A stretch of DNA of 63,718 nucleotides, the filler included, from Bipalium vagum (Eukaryota): NCBI GenBank assembly GCA_037834085.1. It is 3 parts of 3 records of this genome, joined end to end, with 100 filler letters (N's around TTAATTAATTAA, not from the genome) between each part and the next. Parts side by side here need not be neighbours in the genome. Positions count along the whole stretch, not along the records: positions 1 to 31,637 come from JBBMKC010249170.1; 2 more parts are not named here. One strand, 5' to 3'. This document shows, piece by piece, positions 1 to 10,300 of this stretch. Made by a program: the position numbers and the translations under genes. The notes below the pieces were generated by a model that saw only the letters and a list, made by a program, of their open reading frames with translations, did not search any database and was not told where the DNA came from. How positions within the stretch are numbered: position 1 is the stretch's first letter; each line of letters starts with the position of its first letter.

Positions 1-903
1 AATAATTAAAATGCATGATTTTAAATTGGCCAGCGTATTAACTAAACCTTATTTTTCGCCAAAAGTTTATTTATAAAGATTAAACGATTGGAGTCGAACC
101 TCATCACATTAAATTTTTTTCTTCATTAATTAATGATAAAAACTCGACTTGGGATTCTGTATTTAAAGTTATTTTTGGAATGTAATTTTAATTCAATTAA
201 TTTTATTTTTAGAGCCCTGTTTTACCATAAAAAATTTCTTTTTCCACATCTAATTTTCTTGCAAATGTTAATTCTTCTTCATTATTATAAATAACTCTAT
301 TAAAATATTGTATAAATCCAAACATTAATTTTAATGGAAATAAACCCCCAAATTTAAAAGTTTTTTTACCATCCTTTTCAATCGAATTTATTGAATATAA
401 CTCTTCTTTTCTTATATTCATTATTATTTTGATCTTCTTTTTTTCATCTAATATCCACTCAAAACGTTCTTCACCATTATTTTTATCAATCGTAACAAAA
501 TTAGTAATTGAATTTGATGGTCCTAAATATTCAATTCTTTCAATAGGAGCTTATCATAATGTTAAAATTGCACTTGTAAATAAATATGGAATGAAATTGT
601 TTTCTAAAGTTATATCATCACATGTTTTTATATCTTCAACTTCAATTTTAAAACGTATTAAGGCTTCTCATAATTCTAAAACATTTGCTATTACAGTGAA
701 ACCTGCATAAATGAACACCTTTGTTAGCTGAACACCTATTTTATTAGAACATTAAATTCCGTACACTGTATTATATAAATCATTTGATCGATGCTTAAAT
801 TTGCTGATGTTGATATATTTAATGATATAGATGTATAAACACATTTTTGTACTATTAAATCTTGGTGGTAAATATTTTTGTTAAAATTTAGTTTTGGTAT
901 TTT
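1..903 (-). pseudogene. Polinton/Maverick (adintovirus-like) major capsid protein, degraded and running off the window edge
   Basis: Minus-strand translation with stops and frameshifts gives DDITLENNFIPYLFTSAIL..PIERIEYLG and KFGGLFPLKLMFGFIQYFNRVIYNNEEELTFAR (ORF 209-421). These resemble Polinton double-jelly-roll MCP motifs (NN..YLF, IE.I..G, PL..FGF..Y.KVI). It lies directly downstream of the ATPase. Confidence 0.75.
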
Positions 904-927
904 TATATAAATAAATATAATGAAAGC

Positions 928-980
928 GAACCTTTGGTTCTACAACCTTCGGTGAGCTTCGCTCGAATTCAGACTTTGTC
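928..980 (-). repeat. Cluster of four 3-nt-loop mini-hairpins between ATPase and major capsid genes
   Basis: gaacc-ttt-ggttc (928-940), acc-ttc-ggt (945-953), gagc-ttc-gctc (954-964), gac-ttt-gtc (972-980). On the coding (-) strand the loops read AAA or GAA closed by C-G. Confidence 0.85.
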
Positions 981-990
981 CTCATTCTTT

Positions 991-1682
991 TTATTGAAAT
1001 ACAGATGGTAAAATATTTTCATCATCTAAATCAATAAATAAATATTTATAATTTTCTTTCATGTGAAAATTACACAAACAACCAAATTCATCTTTTTCAA
1101 TAAAATGAGCTAATATTTTTGAAAAAAATTGATTTTTATCTAATTTTGAAATTATAAATAAAATTAAAACATTAGAATTATTTCGAATACTTCTTAATGG
1201 TATATCAAAAAATGATTGTGATAAAAATATATTTGGTAAAATACATTTTTTTCATTTATTACATCATTAAAAATTATTAAATTTTTTCGATTTTTGGCTA
1301 ATTTATTTTGGGAAGGAATTTCATTTGCTTTATTACTTAATATCACATTAATTGATCTTTGTTTAATTTCAAAGAATTGATCATGACAATTTATTTTCTT
1401 TTTTTCTATAAACATTTGGTAAACATCTTCTTTTGAAAATCCATAATTAAAACAATCTCTTATATATTTAAGTGCTGGTTGAAGTAAAACAGTTTTAGAA
1501 AAAATAATTAAGTTATCATAATCAATAAAGATAGGAGTTAATAAAATTTTATATAGCAACTCTGTTTTTTCATAACCAAAAGGATCAATAATTAACATTC
1601 TAAATATTGATGGTAAATTTTTATGATTATTAATTTTTTTATAATTATCCTTTAAGAAATCAGAACAAAAGTTATCATTCAT
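991..1682 (-). pseudogene. Polinton A32/FtsK-like DNA packaging ATPase, degraded
   Basis: ORF 1194-1682 has a decayed Walker A (FRMLIIDPFGYEKT, consensus GxSGxGKT) and Walker B (KNLIIFNDV). After a frameshift it continues SIRNNSNVLILF...YKYLFIDL to a TAA at 991. Confidence 0.85.
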
Positions 1683-1697
1683 TTTTAAAATTAAATT

Positions 1698-2458
1698 TTA
1701 AACTTGTTTTAAATAAATTGTAAAACTAACATCTTCTTCAGTAAAATCTATAAATTCCCCATCTTCATCTTTAATTTTAAATCTTATTTTATTAATACTT
1801 TCATTATTAAAGGAAAATAAATTTGACATTTTAGTCTTTCAATTATTCTAGATCCTCTTTGAACAATTTTTAAAATCAAATATTATTTAATTTTCTTTCA
1901 TTAAAAAATTCTCCAGTTGCAATATTACATTCAATCACAATTCTCTTTATTTTTGTAATTTTAACTAGTTTAGATACATTAATTCCTTTCTTATAATTTC
2001 CTTTATTTCAAATCCTAAAAAGTCACCTAATGAATTTTCCTTAGGAAATGAAACACTACATCCTTTTTCTAGTTTCATTATACAGTTTGAATTGGATTTG
2101 CTTTTATTTGTATCTGTTTATCTTTTAAAGGTTCTAAATATTTATCATATTTGGTTCCATTCTGTATATATTTTGATATATCAGAAATTTCATATGCTCC
2201 GGGGGTTAATTTCAATTTTATAGTTTTATTCTTTCCTTTAGAATCTGTAACAGTTAGCTATATACTATTATTTTTTATGTAATATTAAAAATAGAATTAT
2301 AAGTTGAAAAATAAACTAAAAATAAAACCTAATTCATAATTTAAATTTTGATGAAGAATTAGAGGAGTTTCAAAAGTGTAGGTTATATCTAATTTTTTAG
2401 TTTCTAACATAAATGATGTTGAAAATTTATTTGATATTTGTTTTAAAGTAACTTCCAT
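1698..2458 (-). pseudogene. Polinton minor capsid (penton) protein, degraded
   Basis: ATG at 2458. Fragments read TYTFETPLIL, STYNSIFNI, LTPGAYEISDI, SLGDFLGF, IECNIATG and the C-terminal IKDEDGEFIDFTEEDVSFTIYLKQV*, typical of Polinton single-jelly-roll minor capsids. Several stops and frameshifts. Confidence 0.8.
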
Positions 2459-2516
2459 TTTTAAAGAAAAAATATAAATAAGAGGATAAAGTCCAAATTT
2501 CGAGAAAAGCTCTCAT

Positions 2517-2890
2517 TTAATCAGAATCTATATCAAATTTAACAAGCATTTTTTCATGTGTATTTGGATTAATTTTATTTTGTTTCCTTAATTTATTCAG
2601 TATTCTTAAAAATAAATGATCCAAGAAATAATGACCTGTTTTTTAGCAGCTAAATATTTTCTTGAAGTTATGAATTGATCAACTAAATGTTTTGGTTTAT
2701 AAACTCTGTATCCTTCCCCCTCTCTTTTTATATTATTTAATTCTTTATGTATATGTTTTATATCATTAACATAAGTACCAGGACTACTTGTTGCAAGTTT
2801 TAAAATATTAATATAGTTAATTATATCTGTTTTATTAAAAGAATTCTCTCTATTTTGCTATGGAGTTAATAAACAATCCTGGGTTATAAA
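2517..2890 (-). pseudogene. Polinton-associated hypothetical protein remnant
   Basis: Minus-strand reading ...KREGEGYRVYKPKHLVDQFITSRKYLAAKKTGH..ILNKLRKQNKI. It is co-oriented with and directly upstream of the penton gene, and loosely resembles the helical 'LV.RL.LL...AGN...I...L' Polinton protein. Confidence 0.45.
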
Positions 2891-3708
2891 TAATTCTCCA
2901 AACTAAGACATTACTTAACAATAAGTTTTGACGAAACCATGATATATTTCCTCTCCTTACCGGTTAATCTGGATAACTAGCCGCGACGAATGTTGTCCAA
3001 AATCAAAATCGTGGCCAATCGACCAAAAATTACTTAATGAAGTTTTCCATGGGCTGTAAATATTTCATCTTTGCACCGGACTATAGAATTTATTAATGAT
3101 AATACCTTCGAGCCAAAGTATTTTGCTGGATCTTTCGGTTGCGTTTTATTATTTGGTACATTTTTCAAAATGATATAGACAAATTTTTTAAAAACTGCAC
3201 CATATAATTTTAAATGACAATGTTTATCAATTTATTTGAATACAAGTTTTAATTTAATATAAATAATGGAAAAGTAAGGTAGGTTAATGTGTTATTATCA
3301 TTTTTTCATTATTGTACGATTTAGATATTTTTTGGGAATCCTACAAGGCTATGTAGAATCTTAACAAAAGGGACTTGGTTCGAAAGTTTTAATTAACAAC
3401 AAACGAGATTCTGACCATCTAATCGAAGAGCTCTTGCGATTGATATGAGGAAAGTATTATTATTAAAATATACATTTCGAAATAAATAATTTTTAGGTTA
3501 AAATTTTTTAAAATTGTACTACATAATTTAAAATGAATTTTTTTCAAGTTTATAATTATATAACAATATTATGAATCCACAATAAATCTTTCTCTAAAAC
3601 CCGCACTCCACGAGAGGGATTGATTGATTTGTAAGATTTACTTTAACAATATGTATGCATATATATATATATATATTGATGAATGCAAAATATCTACAAA
3701 TATCGGAT

Positions 3709-6700
3709 CTAGAACGTAACTTTGACATGGAACTTTTTCTGCGCTCGGGAAATCCTCCAGGAATCCTTTTCCTCAAAACGATTGTACAGAGGCTCGATCT
3801 GTTGCGATTTTTTGGCCTGGCTGAGTTTGGTTGGATCGGAGAATTTGAAGAATTTTGGAGCAAATTCAACGAGCCATTTGGCATCGATCGTTGTCACTTC
3901 CCTCATATATTCCTTTGTGGTGAGAACCAATTCGTGGAAAATGACCCAATCTGGTTGACGATGGAACAAAGCACTCGACGGATGAATGTGCACGACCTGT
4001 TGGTCCACCAATGTCCTGTAACCCTCTTGTGGATCTTTTCGAGCAGCGTTGCGAAAGAATCCCGATACGATGGCCTTCTGAATGAGTCCTGTGTTGCGCC
4101 CGCACGTCCGAATCTTTAACGAGTAGCGATCCATGATACCAAGCAACTGCTTTCTCACATCCTGAGCATGTTTCAGCGATCGGGCCTGGATAAAGTTGTC
4201 GTAACACCAGGGTGTTGAGAACTTGCTGTTTTTCCAGGCATTAAACACTGCCAACAACGTTATATGGTCGCCCTCAGGCTGATTGAACTTGGCCTTTTTC
4301 TGATCAGCCGCGTCCGCTTTATCTTTAGGTCGATAAAAAGCCGGCTCAACACTGAGCATTGAGACGATTGTCAAGATCTCCTCGCTGCACCCAAGATGAA
4401 CAGACATGATTAACATTTTGGCCAACATCGGTTCCAAAGGGAACTCGGCCATTTTACGGCCCAATTTGGTCAACAATCCTTCATCGTCCAAAGCTGAGAG
4501 AGCGTGGAGCTCGCTCATCGCTTTCACCAAAGTCTGGGACGGAGGAGCGTCCATAAAATCGAAAGTCAGTAAATCATTAATGCCCATTGCTTTCAGACCC
4601 AATACGGTGCTCGCCATGTTGGTCCTCTGTATTTCCGGAACGTTATTAGGTAACATTTCATCCTTGAACGCTCGCTCCGTATATAATCGATAACACTTTC
4701 CCGGTCCAGTTCGACCAGCTCGACCTTTACGCTGATCGGCCTGGGCCTGTGAAATGGGAGTGACAATCAATTGGTCCATTCCCGATTTGCTGTTGTAGAC
4801 TTTCTGTTTAACAAAACCGGGATCAATGACGAAATAAATGCCATCGATCGTGAGACTGGTCTCTGCGATATTGGTCGCGATAACGAGCTTCCGAGCATTC
4901 TGAGGAGCGGGATCAAAAATTCTCGACTGATGATCACTGGGCATAGCCGAATAAACGGGTAGGATCAGCAGTTCCGGACAGTCCTGACCGAGCGCTTTGA
5001 TGCGATTGTAGAGAATCTCACAGCACGTATCGATCTCCTCCTGACCAGTCAGGAAAAGCAACATGTCACCGGGTGGCTCCGTTAAATGAATATGCATGAC
5101 TGTATTGAGACTGGCCTCTAAATAGTCCTGCTGAGGGTCAACGCTGTACAGTACTTCAACTTCAAATGTCCTGCCGGGGATGCGGAATATTGGCGAACCG
5201 AAAAAGTACTCGGAGAACTTTACGGAATTCAAAGTGGCCGACGTAACGATCAGCTTCAGATCGTCACGTTGTGTGGCTGCTTTTTTCAGCAGACCAAAAA
5301 GCACGTCGGTGTGGATCGTTCGCTCATGGGCTTCATCGAGCATGATGACAGAATACTGGTTGAGCACGGGATCCACGAGACATTCTCGTAACAGCATTCC
5401 GTCGGTCATGTACTTAATTTTCGTTTCTTGACTAGTCATGTCCTCGAACCGAATCGTGTAACCGACCTCTTGGCCCAACAGACACCCGAACTCCTGAGCG
5501 ACGCGCTTGGCAACCGATTTTGCTGCCACTCTTCGAGGCTGGGTGCACGCGATTTTTTTGTTCTTAATCAGCCCGGCTTCGGCGATGTATTGCGTCATTT
5601 GGGTAGTCTTACCGCTTCCGGTCTCGCCGATCACAACGAGAACCTGGTTGTTCTTGATTGCTGTCAACAGTTCGTCCCGCAACTTGTAAATGGGCAAACT
5701 CTGTCTCTGTTCCAAAATTGACCGTGTCAACATTTGTGTGGAAGCGCCACGACCACCGGCACCTCCCGTCACGTACTTTTTCCATTCTGGAACGTCGGAA
5801 AACTTCTCGTTTCGATTGATTCGAGAATCCGTGTTGCTACTGTACTCTTTAGTAACGGGATCGTGCCAATCTTTACCTGTTACTCGGTGCGTCGAGACTT
5901 TGGACATTTGCTCGTTCATTTTCTCTTGTTGCTTCGTTTCTCGACGTTGTTTCTGCAATGCCGCTTGCATCATTGCTGCATTCTGAAGAGAGCCGTCGGG
6001 GTTTTTCACTATTCTTACCGGCGACAACGCTAATTCCTCATTGAACTGACCCTTGAGAAATGCCGGATCTTCCTCGACAATCTCGATCTCAATATCTTCA
6101 TCGGACTCGTCGTCGGCACAATACATCACTCCGTTGTCCTCGTTATAATCCGGATGATCGGTGAGCTTGAGAACACCAGCCGATTCCATTTGTCTCAGTT
6201 CCCACCTTTCCGGACTGGTCATTCGCTGGATTTTCCGTTTCGTGTTCACTTGAATATATTCTTCGTCCATTTGGTTCTTATAGAAATCAGGCTTCTCCGG
6301 ATTACGAAAGCGTTCCTGCTGCAACTCTTCTAACAGATCTTTCCCCGTTTTCTGGTCCACCACTTTCATGCTGAGTTTAATCCGATTATTCTCAATGGAC
6401 ATCACTTTAACAAATACCTTGTCGTGGACATTCAACACGTCTTTAACATCTTTCACGTGGTACGTACACAAATTTGATATGTGAACCATGCCCTCGACGG
6501 TTCCCTGGAACTCTGTCAGTTGAATGAAACAAGCATTCTTTCTTAAATTGCTGACGACACCTTTGTAGATCTTGCCCACCTCAACACGATTATATTTAAA
6601 GTTCTGCCTGTCCTCGCGTTCCAGAGACTTTGACCGACTTCGGTGCCGGTGTTTCTCTCCTTTATGCTTGTGACGGTCTCTGGATCGATTCCTGGACCTA

Positions 6701-7308
6701 CTTCTGTAGTGGGACCGTTTCGCTGATCGTTTTGATCTCTTCCTCTTACGATTACGTGATTCAGACCGAGACCGAGACCTAGACCGTGATTGTGACTTTT
6801 CGACTTTCGGCTTCTTTTCTGATTTTCGTTTTTCTTCTTCCAAAACCTCCATAATTTCCTTTACAGTATCACTATTGAAATTTGATAAGTATTCTTCCGT
6901 TTCTTCTTTTTCAATAGGTACTGTATCAGCGTTTTCCAGACATAATTTCGGAAATTTTAATTTCTTTCCCTCTAATTTTAATTCCTCTTCCGTTTTTTTT
7001 ATTGGGACAGAGTTGTTGCTAGATGCAGCAGTTTTCGGTTTTAGAACCTCAGTGTAATCCTTAAATCCACCTTTGGGAGACATTAATTTCGTTATGTCGA
7101 AAACATTTTTCAAAAACGAAGCTGGCATAAAAGCTGCAGCCTTGGGAACCTTGTCAATGAACTCTTTATCGGATTCAGATTCCAGAGCATGGCCAATTAA
7201 AAATCGTGCTGTAATATTAGACTTCTCGGCAAGATGAAAATGATTTTCTACTTCTTGCGTGATTTTATTTATCAAACTGTTAAATTGCAAAAGAATAACT
7301 CCTTTCAT
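3709..7308 (-). CDS. DHX8: ATP-dependent RNA helicase DHX8/PRP22 (pre-mRNA splicing factor), single exon, 1199 aa
   Basis: Uninterrupted ORF with an N-terminal PWI-like region, RS-rich tract, S1 domain ([22 protein letters not shown]), [53 protein letters not shown]2/OB-fold and C-terminal [17 protein letters not shown]. Confidence 0.97.
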   Translation of the reverse strand: MKGVILLQFNSLINKITQEVENHFHLAEKSNITARFLIGHALESESDKEFIDKVPKAAAFMPASFLKNVFDITKLMSPKGGFKDYTEVLKPKTAASSNNSVPIKKTEEELKLEGKKLKFPKLCLENADTVPIEKEETEEYLSNFNSDTVKEIMEVLEEEKRKSEKKPKVEKSQSRSRSRSRSESRNRKRKRSKRSAKRSHYRSRSRNRSRDRHKHKGEKHRHRSRSKSLEREDRQNFKYNRVEVGKIYKGVVSNLRKNACFIQLTEFQGTVEGMVHISNLCTYHVKDVKDVLNVHDKVFVKVMSIENNRIKLSMKVVDQKTGKDLLEELQQERFRNPEKPDFYKNQMDEEYIQVNTKRKIQRMTSPERWELRQMESAGVLKLTDHPDYNEDNGVMYCADDESDEDIEIEIVEEDPAFLKGQFNEELALSPVRIVKNPDGSLQNAAMMQAALQKQRRETKQQEKMNEQMSKVSTHRVTGKDWHDPVTKEYSSNTDSRINRNEKFSDVPEWKKYVTGGAGGRGASTQMLTRSILEQRQSLPIYKLRDELLTAIKNNQVLVVIGETGSGKTTQMTQYIAEAGLIKNKKIACTQPRRVAAKSVAKRVAQEFGCLLGQEVGYTIRFEDMTSQETKIKYMTDGMLLRECLVDPVLNQYSVIMLDEAHERTIHTDVLFGLLKKAATQRDDLKLIVTSATLNSVKFSEYFFGSPIFRIPGRTFEVEVLYSVDPQQDYLEASLNTVMHIHLTEPPGDMLLFLTGQEEIDTCCEILYNRIKALGQDCPELLILPVYSAMPSDHQSRIFDPAPQNARKLVIATNIAETSLTIDGIYFVIDPGFVKQKVYNSKSGMDQLIVTPISQAQADQRKGRAGRTGPGKCYRLYTERAFKDEMLPNNVPEIQRTNMASTVLGLKAMGINDLLTFDFMDAPPSQTLVKAMSELHALSALDDEGLLTKLGRKMAEFPLEPMLAKMLIMSVHLGCSEEILTIVSMLSVEPAFYRPKDKADAADQKKAKFNQPEGDHITLLAVFNAWKNSKFSTPWCYDNFIQARSLKHAQDVRKQLLGIMDRYSLKIRTCGRNTGLIQKAIVSGFFRNAARKDPQEGYRTLVDQQVVHIHPSSALFHRQPDWVIFHELVLTTKEYMREVTTIDAKWLVEFAPKFFKFSDPTKLSQAKKSQQIEPLYNRFEEKDSWRISRAQKKFHVKVTF

Positions 7309-8240
7309 TAAATTCTAATTTCTAAAAAATAAATTAATAATAATTTATTAGGAAATATTAAATTAAATAATAAAATATATAATATTCATATTTGATTATT
7401 CAAATTATGTGCTTCTTAATCAAAATTAAAACATTTGAAAAGATTCTAATATATTTAATTATTATTATTATTGTTATTGTATAAGATTCAATAACTGAAT
7501 ACATTTTTTTTAAAATTGTAATAATACATCTGATTCGACTGTAAAAAATATTCGATTGTTACTTTCATTAAATAATGTAAATTCAAAATTGAAATATTTT
7601 ACAGTGAATTTTCTAAAAATTTTCTTAAAATTCTAAAAAAATAAAATATTTCAATTATATATATACATATTAATATTTAAATTTATATAAAAATTTTTTT
7701 AATAAAAACTAATTTATATAATACTTTATATTATATTATTATGTAACTGAAAGTAAAACTGCAACAAAATATTAAAAAAATTATAGTAACACTAGAAAAA
7801 GAAATATTATAAAAAATAAATTAACATTTTCAAATTATCTTATTTTTATAAATTATTTAATTCGTGTGTTTTTCTACTATTAAAACTGCTGTCTTAAAAA
7901 TCAGGAAAAAAATTATAAATCAGAAATATATTTTCAAAAGAAATTATTAACGTTTGAGAAAGAGATTTAGCACCTTAGAGACTGTGTTATCATTATTTCA
8001 CACTGTACAGCTACAAACACGACGATCCCAGTGATAGATGATACTGGCAGAGCCACTGACTCAAAGATAGCTATTAATGCTGGAATCGCGGAGCTCTACG
8101 TTAAAGGTTGAATACATGTTCATGCCAAAGCTCTTTTCAGTAGAAACCTTTAAATCATTAGAGTGGCAATGGGGACTGTCTTTCTAACACTTCCAAATGA
8201 GTCTTATCCCGTCATCATCAACAAGTTTTTTTCGATATCC
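7261..8240. repeat. Segmental duplication copy 1 (first ~16 DHX8 codons, upstream region and a GC-richer unknown segment)
   Basis: Colinear with 12806-13760. Shared strings include gattttatttatcaaactgttaaat, gtaactgaaagtaaaactgcaacaaaatat and gatgatactggcagagcca. Confidence 0.9.
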
Positions 8241-8309
8241 TATTATCGGGCTTTGGTATTCAAAACATTATAATCAAGTCACATAAATGTTGATTAAAAG
8301 TTTGGTATA

Positions 8310-8500
8310 CAGTCAACCATCATTAATTCAAACTTCAAAAATCCAAAATAGTCCCAAATTTTTAAAATTTATTTTGTCAATTTTCCAGACAATTTTGATT
8401 CATTAATTTGAAACTTCATGATCCGCAATCGGAAATCTTTTTTTTAAATTAAATTCCTAATAATTTTTAAGTTTCGGATTGATATTGTTTAAACATTAAG
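8310..8500. mobile_element. pogo/Tigger-like terminus remnant
   Basis: TA+CAGTCAAC end with repeated subterminal cattaatt(c/tg)aaacttc units. No partner TIR found. Confidence 0.35.
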
Positions 8501-8829
8501 CTTATTTGCAATTTTTATTAATTTAAATTAAATATCCATATAACTAGAAAAAGAACAGAAATTACAATTCATCAAAAAGCAAAAATTTTTCGCTATAAAG
8601 GAGTCAAAGAAAATGTCGCTGAATGAATTGTCTCAAATTATTAGTCCGCTTTTATACTTTTCCTCACAGTAGCTGTTATTTAATGCGTATAAGATGGTAT
8701 CTGTTTTTTTTCTATATACTGATGTTTTCAATCTATTACTTTGCTCTTCTTTTTTTACTAATACGTATAGGAATTATATATATAACTTTTAATGGTGAAA
8801 AATATTATCTAATAAAATAATAAATGAAA

Positions 8830-9390
8830 TTTGAGATAAAGTTGAAGAAATTGAGGAACAAAAAGAAGGTGGAGAGTATTAATTCCAATTCTTGGAGCAA
8901 TCTTTGCAGGTTTAAAATCTGCTGGTGCAGTAGCTGGAGAAGTTGCAACAACTGTTCAAAAAGTAAAAGAAGCTCAAAATCCGATTTAGAAAAAAAGAAG
9001 TTAGAAATGGAAATTGAGAAGCTCAGCAAAGCTGAGAGAACTGAAATCGAGTGAAACTCTCAACATCAAAGGTGTACCAAAAGAAGTATCAACTGGAGCT
9101 GGTTTGTATTTTGATCCTCCTAAAGGAACTAGTTTATAATTCGATCCACCTATAGGTGGCGGACTTAAGTACGATCCATATTTTGGATAAGAACTAAGAG
9201 ATTCAATTTTAAATAGTTTAGAATATGATAATTTAGATAAATCTGAAAAATAAGAATTAAAAGAATTATTTCAAAAATTGAGAAAGAATATAATTAAAAT
9301 AATAAAACAAGGCAAAGGCCTTTACTTCGAACAGGCGTAGTCCTTGACAACTTCGTTGGATCCTTACAAAAGGCGTAAAAATATTTTTAA
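8830..9390 (+). pseudogene. Polinton/adintovirus core-like protein with GG motif, amphipathic helix and GxGLYFDP repeats
   Basis: Frameshifted reading EGG..VLIPILGAIFAGLKSAGAVAGEVATTVQKVKEAQ, then GAGLYFDPP, GTSL*FDPP, GGGLKYDPY and GKGLYF..DPY. It resembles GG-cleaved Polinton structural proteins found next to the protease. Confidence 0.65.
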
Positions 9391-9391
9391 A

Positions 9392-9810
9392 ATGATTTTA
9401 AATTTACTTGAATTCTTTTGTAAAAATGGAATTAATACAACTACAAATTTTGATTTAATTCATATTGCTGAAGACTTAGGTTTTCACAGAGTCTCTAAAA
9501 CCAAAGGTATGCCTTTAAAAGTTTTAATGCGGGATCAATTCAAAGAGAAACATAAAATCTGATTATCCATTAATTATTAATTATCAAAATACAAATCAGA
9601 AAGAATTACATTGGGTTGGATATTACAATGGTTATTAATTTGACTTTTATGGTTTACCACCACTTGAAGGTTTAGAAAAATATGTTAAGGAGTATAATAA
9701 AATAGATATGTAAAGTTAAACGAATTTAAAATATTGTGGACAATTAACTTTATATGTTTTATACAAATTATTTAATAATATTGATTTTTCGACAATAATA
9801 TTTGAGATAA
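9392..9810 (+). pseudogene. Adenain-type (Ulp1-like) cysteine protease of Polinton, degraded
   Basis: TTNFDLIHIAEDL..VLMRD, then frameshifted HWVG, Y*FDFYGLPP and YCGQLTLYVL. These correspond to the catalytic H, D and C motifs (HW, YFDSYG.PP, CG). Confidence 0.8.
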
Positions 9811-9821
9811 AATACTTGATC

Positions 9822-9946
9822 GCTACGCTCTTAGAGGCGAGTCAAAGACTCTAACACCAAAGGTGTGCAAAGCCTCAATAAAAATGGACGTGAATAATGT
9901 CAGTAAAGCCTCCCGAGACGAAGTCGAGATTCCCAAAGGCTTAGCC
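9822..9946 (+). repeat. Clusters of 3-nt-loop mini-hairpins at the protease/fibre-like junction
   Basis: gc-tac-gc 9822-9828, ctc-tta-gag 9828-9836, gagtc-aaa-gactc 9839-9851, acacc-aaa-ggtgt 9854-9866, gc-aaa-gc 9867-9873, gac-gaa-gtc 9917-9925, cc-aaa-gg 9933-9939, ggc-tta-gcc 9938-9946. Confidence 0.85.
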
Positions 9947-10300
9947 GAAAATAATAATTTTACATATTTTAAAACTCCGTGTTTTAATAATAATTATAAA
10001 AGTAAATAAAATAAAGTAAAAGAAATTACTTTTATTCAAACTGAATCTGAAAATAAATTTTTTAATGTTACTGGTGATGCTATGATAGGAATTATAAATA
10101 TGAATAATAATAAAATAATAAATGCAGCTGATTCAATAAATGATAATGATGTAAATTTAAAATGTGAAAAAGGTTAGAAAAGATTTATTAAATGAAATTA
10201 CTGTAAATATAGTAGTAATTAGAAAAATAATTCTCTTTTATTTAATATTCAAAGTCAATTAAAATCACATGAAGAAGAAAAAAACTAAAATTGAAAAAAT
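9884..10300 (+). pseudogene. Fibre/spike-like Polinton ORF remnant
   Basis: ATG at 9884. Contains TGDAMIGIINMNNNKIINAADSINDNDV (~10070-10155), matching the G..M.G.L.M.NNKI.NL.DP....DA repeat of viral fibre/trimeric stalk proteins. Several stops. Confidence 0.5.

Noticed and set aside
3594-6033. Multiple plus-strand and alternate-frame ORFs (e.g. 3655-4119, 154 aa) overlapping DHX8
   Set aside because: Shadow ORFs expected opposite a GC-rich CDS; no recognisable domains.
9146-9159. Perfect 14-bp palindrome ccacctataggtgg
   Set aside because: Explained by Pro-Pro-Ile-Gly-Gly codons and lacks the 3-nt-loop form, so it is not counted in the hairpin system.
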